Below the pieces are notes generated by a model, which saw nothing but the letters and a program-made list of their open reading frames with translations, was not told where the DNA came from and ran no database searches. Shown here in pieces: positions 10,273 to 16,602 of a DNA stretch of 24,000 nt (position 1 is its first letter; every line of letters starts with the position of its first letter). Source of the DNA: Haliea sp. (lineage in GTDB: Bacteria; Pseudomonadota; Gammaproteobacteria; Pseudomonadales; Halieaceae); contig JAVJWR010000033.1 of the NCBI GenBank assembly GCA_040221975.1, positions 498,082-522,081 of the forward strand, read 5' to 3'. The translations under genes and the position numbers were made by a program.

Positions 10273-11730
10273 ATGCGTAGACCACTTCAGTTTTTGGCAT
10301 CCCTCATTTTGCCCTTGGCGATGACGAGTCACACCCTCCCGGCTTATGGGGGGGATATCGCCAGGCAACTTGGAGCATTACGAGCCGGAACCCTGTCCAG
10401 TGAAGAGCTGGTGATGCGCAGCTTCACCCTGCATGAGCGCTACCGGGAGCATAATATTTTCATCAATCTGCCTCAGCAGGCAGTCTTGCAAGAGGCCAGA
10501 GAAAGGGACCGGGAGCGTACACAGGGTCGATTGCGCGGACCATTGCATGGCATCCCTCTGGTGGTAAAAGACAATATTCATGTCGCAGGCATGCCGAATA
10601 CCGCCGGGACGGAGGCGTTGCGGGCATTTGTGCCGGAACAGGACGCCGATGTGGTAGCGCGACTACGTGCCGCGGGCGCGATTATTCTCGGCAAGACGAA
10701 CATGCATGAGCTGGCCTATGGAATAACCAGCGACAATCGGGCCTATGGTGCGGTCGGCAATGCTGTCGACCCGAAATATTTTGCAGGCGGTTCCAGCGGT
10801 GGAACCGCCGTGGCCGTAGCCCTTGATCTTGCTGCGGCCGGGCTAGGTACCGATACCGGGGGCTCCAGCCGTATTCCCGCGGCTCTCAATGGTATTGTCG
10901 GGTTCAGGCCGACAACGGGACGCTACCCCAATGCCGGGCTCGTCATGATTTCCCGGACACGGGATACAGTCGGACCCATGGCGAAATCAGTGGAGGATAT
11001 CATCGTCCTCGATCAGGTATTGGCAGAAAAATCCTACACCCGGTCACCCGTAACCATTGACACCTTGCGCATCGGTGTGCCGCGCGACTACTTCTACACC
11101 GATCTCGACCCTGCTGTTGCGCGGCGTATGGCCCGGATCCTGCAGGCACTTGCCGATGCCGGTGTCACGCTTGTTGAAGAACCACTGCCAATGCTGGCCG
11201 ACCTCAATGAAAAAATCGGTTTCCCGCTGGTTATCCACGAGACCAAGAAGCTATTGGTGGACTATCTGGCCGAAAATCTGCCAGAGCTGTCGCTCTCTGA
11301 ACTGGTGGCGGAAATCCGCAGTCCCGACGTACAGGCCGTCATGGATATGGTGGTGTCCGGGACGATTTCGGAAGCCACCTATCGTGCCGCCCGGGACATT
11401 TATCGACCCGCTCTGCAACAGGTATATCGTGACTACTTTCTGCAAACGGGAGTAGATGCCATACTGTTTCCCACCGTCCCCTTGCCTGCGAGGCCGATAG
11501 CCGGAAGCATGGAATCAGTGACCTTGAACGGGACACAGGTTCCCACCTTCCCCACCTATATTCGCAATACCGACCCCGCCAGTAATGCGGGCATTCCCGG
11601 GTTGACGCTTCCGGCGGGAACCTCTGAACAGGGACTGCCGCTGGGCATCGAACTCGATGGCCCCGAGCGCAGCGATGAACGCCTGCTGGCTATCGGGCTG
11701 GCTCTGGAACGGTTTCTGGCCAACATGTAG
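10273..11730 (+). CDS. Amidase-signature (AS) family amidase with N-terminal export signal
   Basis: AS motifs are VVKDNI (catalytic Lys region), GGSSGGTAVAVA (cis-Ser) and GTDTGGSSRIPAA (Ser nucleophile). The track start is TTG at 10192. I prefer ATG at 10273 (GGTGGAG, 8 nt spacing), which gives MRRPLQFLASLILPLAMTSHTLPAYG, a signal-peptide-like N-terminus. ATG at 10237 is an alternative that would give a longer, Tat-like RR leader. Confidence 0.85.
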   Translation: MRRPLQFLASLILPLAMTSHTLPAYGGDIARQLGALRAGTLSSEELVMRSFTLHERYREHNIFINLPQQAVLQEARERDRERTQGRLRGPLHGIPLVVKDNIHVAGMPNTAGTEALRAFVPEQDADVVARLRAAGAIILGKTNMHELAYGITSDNRAYGAVGNAVDPKYFAGGSSGGTAVAVALDLAAAGLGTDTGGSSRIPAALNGIVGFRPTTGRYPNAGLVMISRTRDTVGPMAKSVEDIIVLDQVLAEKSYTRSPVTIDTLRIGVPRDYFYTDLDPAVARRMARILQALADAGVTLVEEPLPMLADLNEKIGFPLVIHETKKLLVDYLAENLPELSLSELVAEIRSPDVQAVMDMVVSGTISEATYRAARDIYRPALQQVYRDYFLQTGVDAILFPTVPLPARPIAGSMESVTLNGTQVPTFPTYIRNTDPASNAGIPGLTLPAGTSEQGLPLGIELDGPERSDERLLAIGLALERFLANM

Positions 11731-11876
11731 TTGCCGGGGGGATGCGGGTGCACGCACACCTGGATCATTGCGTGACCAAACTGCATGGGGATCCCTTCTC
11801 GCCTGTTCCAGCGGGAATAAACCCCACCAACGACTGCTAAACGGCTGTCGCTGGCGGGTTGCTCAGGGAAAGCCTG

Positions 11877-14156
11877 TCAGAGATTCCAGTTGACGCTGAC
11901 GCCATAGGTACGCGGAGCTCCCCAGACACCGATCACTCCAGGCCCGATAACATAAGAGTGAGAAACATATTCCTCATCGGTCAGGTTCTGACCCCACAGG
12001 GCCACCTCCCACTCAGCATCGTTGGAAATCCAGGCAATTCGAGCGTCGAGCAGATCCTGCTGATCAATGCGGGTTCGCTGGTCGATATAGTCATTGATCT
12101 GTTCGTCCGTGTGGGAAAATGCCAGTCGAAACTCCAGCTCACCCGATTGCACAGGTTGAACGTATTCTGCAACGAGGTTGTAAGATGTTTCGGGTGCCTG
12201 GCGCAGTTCGGAGCCGGAGGCATCGAAGGGGCCGCTGGTCAGTGTCAATACGAGATCTTTGACTTCGGTATCCAGGTAAGCGTAGTTTCCGGAAAAGCGC
12301 AGTTTTTCCGTCACAAACCAGGTCCACTCCAACTCCAGGCCAAGAATTTCTGCAGTGCCAATGTTGGTTGTCTGGAAGGTGCCGAAATCCGGGTTGACTG
12401 AAGAAGGACCAAAGCGGACGATCTGCAAATCTTCGTAATCGGTGTAGAAACCGGTGGCATTCAGGCGCAATGACCGGTCGAGAAACTCGCCTTTGAAACC
12501 GAGCTCATAGTTGAGCGCCTCTTCCGGCTCTACCGGCTGAGTGGCGTCGGCCTCTATGCCCTGAGAGCCGGCGAAACCTCCACTTTTAAAGCCCTTGGAG
12601 ATGGTGGCAAATGCCATGAGATCATCATTGGGGAAGTACTGCAGCGACAGCATCGGTGAAAAATCGCTCCAGTCGTTATCGGTTTCTACCCGAAATGCCT
12701 CCGCAATAATGTTCAGGCTGCCAGCCACTCCCTGACATGCGGGGAAGCCCTCGAATGGCGTGCCCTCTGTACTGCCATCGGCTACCAGGTCGCAGTTGAC
12801 CGCAGTCGCCGCATAATCCTTGTCATCAAGCGTATAGCGGCCGCCAAAAGTCAGGTTCCAGCGCTCGGCAAAGCGCCAGTTTGCCTGCCCGTAAACAGCA
12901 TAACTCGTGGTTTCATTTTCCGTCCGGGTGTATTCGTTCCCGACCGTCGTCTGGCCTGTGGCAACACTGTTGCGGTCCAGCTTGAACTCCTCCACCCGAT
13001 CGGTATCTTCAAGGAAGAAGTAACCGCCTATCGTGTAGTCGAAAGTATCGGAGAGACTTGAGGTCCAGCGCAACTCCTGGGAAAACGTTTCTATGTCCTC
13101 AACGATGTCATCATTGACATCAACTCCAAAGACGTCATCGAAAGGATCGTCTGGGTCACCAAAATCAAAACCACCTCCCGCAGGCGCCCCGATCGAAGGC
13201 ATCTCCCAGTCCGCTTCCGCGGTGCGAAAAGCCGTAATCGTGGTGAGGGTGCCGTTTCCGATTCCGATGTCACCCTGCAGGCTGATTCCGCTTGCTTCCC
13301 TGTCCGAGAAGCCCTCTATCGGTGCCGCCGACTTGTGAACGCCCCCGCCCAGCTGGTCCAACACGCTGAGATAATCGAAATTGCCATTGGCAATTGGGGT
13401 GCGCCCCATATCCTTCCGTTCGTCCTGCATGGCATCTGCTGAAAGCAGCCATTCCGACGACGCCAGCGATAACAGCAATTGAGCGCGAACAGAGGTCTGA
13501 TCCTGATCCTGAGTTTCGTTACCAAGCAACACGTTTCTTCCAAAACCATCGTGCTGCCTGTGGTTCAAGACGATTTTACCGGCGAGACTATCCGTCAATC
13601 CGCCGCTGAGGTAGCCCTGGTAGCGTTGGATTCCTTCGTTACCCACAGTAACTCCCAATTTGGCACTCAGTTCATCTGTGGGCTTGCTGGAAACGACATT
13701 GATTGCACCACCGATGGAGTTGCGGCCAAACAGCGTTCCCTGTGGACCCCTCAGCACCTCGATGCGTTCCATATCGAACATGTCGAAGTTCACGGCGGCG
13801 AGTCGCCCGATATAGACACCGTCTAGGAAGATAGCGGTTGAATTGTCAAGGCCCGCACCATCGTCCACTGAACTGATGCCACGTACCGAGATGATGGCCT
13901 GGCCCGGAGAAAACTCGGCGTAAGCCATGCCCGGTACATTCTTGGCGATGCCATTGGCATCAAAGATGTCGGCCTTTTTCAGTTGCTCTGACCCCATGGC
14001 TGTTATCGAGATAGGGACGTCCTGGATATCCTGTTCCCGGTGCTGGGCGGTAACCGTGACTTCTTCAAGTACGCCGGCAGTGGCCGTAGTGATGCTACCG
14101 GCAATACCAGACAGTGCAAGGCCGCATATGGCCCTGGAGAGGATCGATTTCTGCAT
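11877..14156 (-). CDS. TonB-dependent outer-membrane receptor
   Basis: 759 aa. It has the signal peptide MQKSILSRAICGLALSGIAGSITTATA, the TonB-box/plug start LEEVTVTAQ and the plug motif IEVLRGPQGTLFGRNSIGGAINVVS. A long beta-barrel region follows, ending in YGVSVNWNL. The start is ATG at 14156 with AAGGAAAAGG upstream. There is no N-terminal signalling extension. Confidence 0.9.
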   Translation of the reverse strand: MQKSILSRAICGLALSGIAGSITTATAGVLEEVTVTAQHREQDIQDVPISITAMGSEQLKKADIFDANGIAKNVPGMAYAEFSPGQAIISVRGISSVDDGAGLDNSTAIFLDGVYIGRLAAVNFDMFDMERIEVLRGPQGTLFGRNSIGGAINVVSSKPTDELSAKLGVTVGNEGIQRYQGYLSGGLTDSLAGKIVLNHRQHDGFGRNVLLGNETQDQDQTSVRAQLLLSLASSEWLLSADAMQDERKDMGRTPIANGNFDYLSVLDQLGGGVHKSAAPIEGFSDREASGISLQGDIGIGNGTLTTITAFRTAEADWEMPSIGAPAGGGFDFGDPDDPFDDVFGVDVNDDIVEDIETFSQELRWTSSLSDTFDYTIGGYFFLEDTDRVEEFKLDRNSVATGQTTVGNEYTRTENETTSYAVYGQANWRFAERWNLTFGGRYTLDDKDYAATAVNCDLVADGSTEGTPFEGFPACQGVAGSLNIIAEAFRVETDNDWSDFSPMLSLQYFPNDDLMAFATISKGFKSGGFAGSQGIEADATQPVEPEEALNYELGFKGEFLDRSLRLNATGFYTDYEDLQIVRFGPSSVNPDFGTFQTTNIGTAEILGLELEWTWFVTEKLRFSGNYAYLDTEVKDLVLTLTSGPFDASGSELRQAPETSYNLVAEYVQPVQSGELEFRLAFSHTDEQINDYIDQRTRIDQQDLLDARIAWISNDAEWEVALWGQNLTDEEYVSHSYVIGPGVIGVWGAPRTYGVSVNWNL

Positions 14157-14259
14157 GACACCTTTTCCTTTAAATTATTAAAATGACAGGTCGATTTCCC
14201 GTTGGGATGAGCAACTGTACTCGACAACCACAATTCCCACACAATAATTAAGGCTTAAT

Positions 14260-14287
14260 ATGATACAGAAATCAATACCTCTGGAAA
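14260..14287 (-). promoter_or_regulatory. Candidate sigma70 promoter of the TonB-dependent receptor gene (TTTCCA-N16-TATCAT)
   Basis: Read on the minus strand as aTTTCCAgaggtattgatttctgTATCATatt, about 100 nt upstream of the receptor ATG. Its architecture and sequence resemble the putative paaZ promoter. Confidence 0.3.
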
Positions 14288-14455
14288 TAATAAGTAATGT
14301 TTAGTGCAGAGGGGGTAGATATAAAATGGGACTTGGGTATATTTGACGCTCGCCACCTTGCTCAGGGGCGACACGCCGACACACCCATTCACAAACGGCA
14401 TTCGTCGCTGCAATGTCGGCAACAGCACTGCGCAGACATTTCAGGTTTAAAGTTA

Positions 14456-14486
14456 TTGACAGGCGCTCGGGCTGAATTGATATAGT
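14456..14486 (+). promoter_or_regulatory. Candidate sigma70 promoter for the DUF485-symporter(-pac-fadB-like?) transcription unit
   Basis: A perfect -35 TTGACA sits at 14456-14461. It is followed by GATATA at 17-nt spacing or TATAGT at 19-nt spacing. The site lies about 50 nt upstream of ATG 14535 in an AT-rich 378-bp intergenic region. Confidence 0.4.
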
Positions 14487-14534
14487 TATAAGCTCAAAGA
14501 TTACAGCCAGATGATAATAATCAAGGGATGTTCG

Positions 14535-14795
14535 ATGAATCACGATCAGAAACTGGCAGTAATCAAGGCCCGTACACGGCGCCGGATGCTATTCACTTTC
14601 GTAACACTTTTGCTCTATTTCGCGTTCATTTTGAACTGGACTGGTTTTGGCAGCATGTTGGCCCAGCGCTTGGGGGGATCACATATCACCGGGTCTCTAC
14701 TGATGTTCTGCTGCCTTATCGTGTTGTTTATCCTGCTGGAACTTCTTTTCCTGTTGCTGAACCGGGCGACCACCCGCTCTGGCGAGAACCTTTAG
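14535..14795 (+). CDS. DUF485 (YjcH-like) small two-TM membrane protein
   Basis: 86 aa from ATG at 14535 (AAGGGA 6 nt upstream); the track start at 14511 lacks an RBS. It has two hydrophobic helices and lies immediately upstream of an ActP-type symporter, with a 1-nt gap (TAGAATG), the canonical yjcH-actP arrangement. Confidence 0.75.
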   Translation: MNHDQKLAVIKARTRRRMLFTFVTLLLYFAFILNWTGFGSMLAQRLGGSHITGSLLMFCCLIVLFILLELLFLLLNRATTRSGENL

Positions 14796-14796
14796 A

Positions 14797-16398
14797 ATGA
14801 TTCCTTCTGGAAGCATTGCCCTGCAACCGCTGGACCCCCTGGCCATCAGCATGTTCCTGGTATTTGTCGGGGCTACCTTGCTGGTTAGTTACTGGGCATC
14901 CCGTCGCACCAAGAGTAGTTCCGACTTCTATACGGCAGGTGGCCAGTTGACGGGGCTACAGAATGGAACCGCCATCGCCGGCGACTTCATGTCGGCTGCC
15001 TCGTTCCTGGGTATTACCGGACTGGTGTTCCTGGGTGGCTTTGATGGCCTGGTTCTGGCCCTGGGTGCTTTTGCCGCCTGGCCGCTGCTGCTGTTTCTAC
15101 TGGCACGCCGTGTGCGGAACCTTGGTAGCTTCACGTTTGTCGATGTCGTGTCACAGCGTCTTGATCGGACCAGAATCCGCGTGGTTGCTGCCAGCGCAAC
15201 CATCGTCGTGGTTGTTCTTTATCTGATCGCCCAAATGGTGGGCGCAGGAAAGCTGATTGAGCTGCTTTTTGGCCTGCCGTACGAAGTCGCGGTTGTCGTG
15301 ATCAGTGGCTTGGTGTTGGCATATGTCACTTTTGGCGGCATGTTGGCTACCACATGGGTACAGATTATCAAAGCTATACTACTAATGACAGGTGTAACCA
15401 TAACTGCGGTTCTAGTCATGGCCATGAGCGGTTTCAGTTTTGAAACGCTGCTGGCGACGGCGGTGAGCAACCATCCCCGGGGCGAAGGAATTCTGGCGCC
15501 GGGGGTATTGTTCGACGACCCAGTACAGGTCACGACGATTCTCGTCTCCATGCTGTTTGGCACCCTTGGCTTACCTCATATTCTGATGCGCCTGTTTACT
15601 GTGCCAGACATGCATGAGGCGAAAAAGTCGGCATTTTACGCATCGTTGTTCATGGGCTACTTTTATCTGGCGCTGGTGATCATAGGTTTTGGCGCAGTCG
15701 CTTATCTGTATGGGGACCCGGAATTTTTCACCGAAGAAGGTGGCTTGATCGGCGGCAGTAATATGGCAGCGATTCACCTTTCCACTGCGGTGGGTGGCAA
15801 GTTGTTAACCGGCTTCATGTCGGCTGTGACATTTGCCACAATTCTCGCCGTGGTAGCTGGCCTGACAGTCTCGGGGGCCGCGGCCATTTCCCATGATCTC
15901 TATGCACAGGTGATCTGCAAAGGCGCGCCTGAACCGCGCAGAGAGCTGATGCTAACCCGGTTTACTACGATTGTGATCGGCGTCATAGCAATTGTTCTGG
16001 GCATTCTTTTCCAAAATGAAAATGTCGCGTTCATCGCCACCATGCCCATGGTAGTTGCCGCTTCGGTGAATTTTCCGATCCTGTTTCTGTCGCTCTACTG
16101 GTCTCAACTTACAACCCGGGGGGCAATTGCAGGTGCGTTGGTCGGCTTATTTTCTTCAGTATCGCTGATTGTGGTGGGTCCCCAGGTATGGGTATCAGTA
16201 CTGGGCTTCAAAGAAGCATTGTTTCCATACGATTATCCGGCATTGTTCACCCTGCCACTTGCGGTCGTCACCATGGCCGTGGTGTCTTACCTGGATGCCT
16301 CTGAAAGAGGGAAAATAGATCGACAGAAGTTCCACGATCTACTGGTGCGTTCAGAGTTTGGTGAACGAGACCAGCCTGTGCAGGTCGCACCACACTGA
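14797..16398 (+). CDS. Sodium:solute symporter family, ActP-like monocarboxylate permease (candidate phenylacetate importer)
   Basis: 533 aa multi-TM protein. The N-terminal region AISMFL.FV..TL...YWAS.R...S.D.YTAGG..TG.QNG.AIAGD.MSAASFLGI..LVF..G.DGL resembles E. coli ActP as I recall it. It is translationally coupled to the DUF485 gene. Confidence 0.88.
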   Translation: MIPSGSIALQPLDPLAISMFLVFVGATLLVSYWASRRTKSSSDFYTAGGQLTGLQNGTAIAGDFMSAASFLGITGLVFLGGFDGLVLALGAFAAWPLLLFLLARRVRNLGSFTFVDVVSQRLDRTRIRVVAASATIVVVVLYLIAQMVGAGKLIELLFGLPYEVAVVVISGLVLAYVTFGGMLATTWVQIIKAILLMTGVTITAVLVMAMSGFSFETLLATAVSNHPRGEGILAPGVLFDDPVQVTTILVSMLFGTLGLPHILMRLFTVPDMHEAKKSAFYASLFMGYFYLALVIIGFGAVAYLYGDPEFFTEEGGLIGGSNMAAIHLSTAVGGKLLTGFMSAVTFATILAVVAGLTVSGAAAISHDLYAQVICKGAPEPRRELMLTRFTTIVIGVIAIVLGILFQNENVAFIATMPMVVAASVNFPILFLSLYWSQLTTRGAIAGALVGLFSSVSLIVVGPQVWVSVLGFKEALFPYDYPALFTLPLAVVTMAVVSYLDASERGKIDRQKFHDLLVRSEFGERDQPVQVAPH

Positions 16399-16602
16399 TG
16401 GCGACACCTGACTACCACACCGCTCAGGCGGAGGCATGTTTGATGCATCTCGCTTGAATCGCTTTATGGTGCTTTCCAGGTCATGAAGGTAGTCTTTATT
16501 TGCCCCTGAAGCCTCGTGCGCACAACTTTATCGGTTCAATGCGGTTGCTGATGCCTCGTCACTCACTCAACCTGGCCAGAACCCCGAAACGAGAGGAATG
16601 CC

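Noticed and set aside
11831-11850. Imperfect hairpin CGACtGCt...gGCtGTCG between the convergent amidase and receptor genes, as a possible terminator
   Set aside because: The stem is interrupted by mismatches and no convincing U-tract follows on either strand. It is too weak to call.
11859-12401. 180-aa plus-strand ORF
   Set aside because: Antisense to the C-terminal barrel of the TonB-dependent receptor.
14297-14543. 62-aa (+) and 80-aa (-) ORFs in the receptor/transporter intergenic region
   Set aside because: They have no RBS, mutually overlap on opposite strands, and sit in AT-rich promoter-like DNA. I treat them as non-coding.
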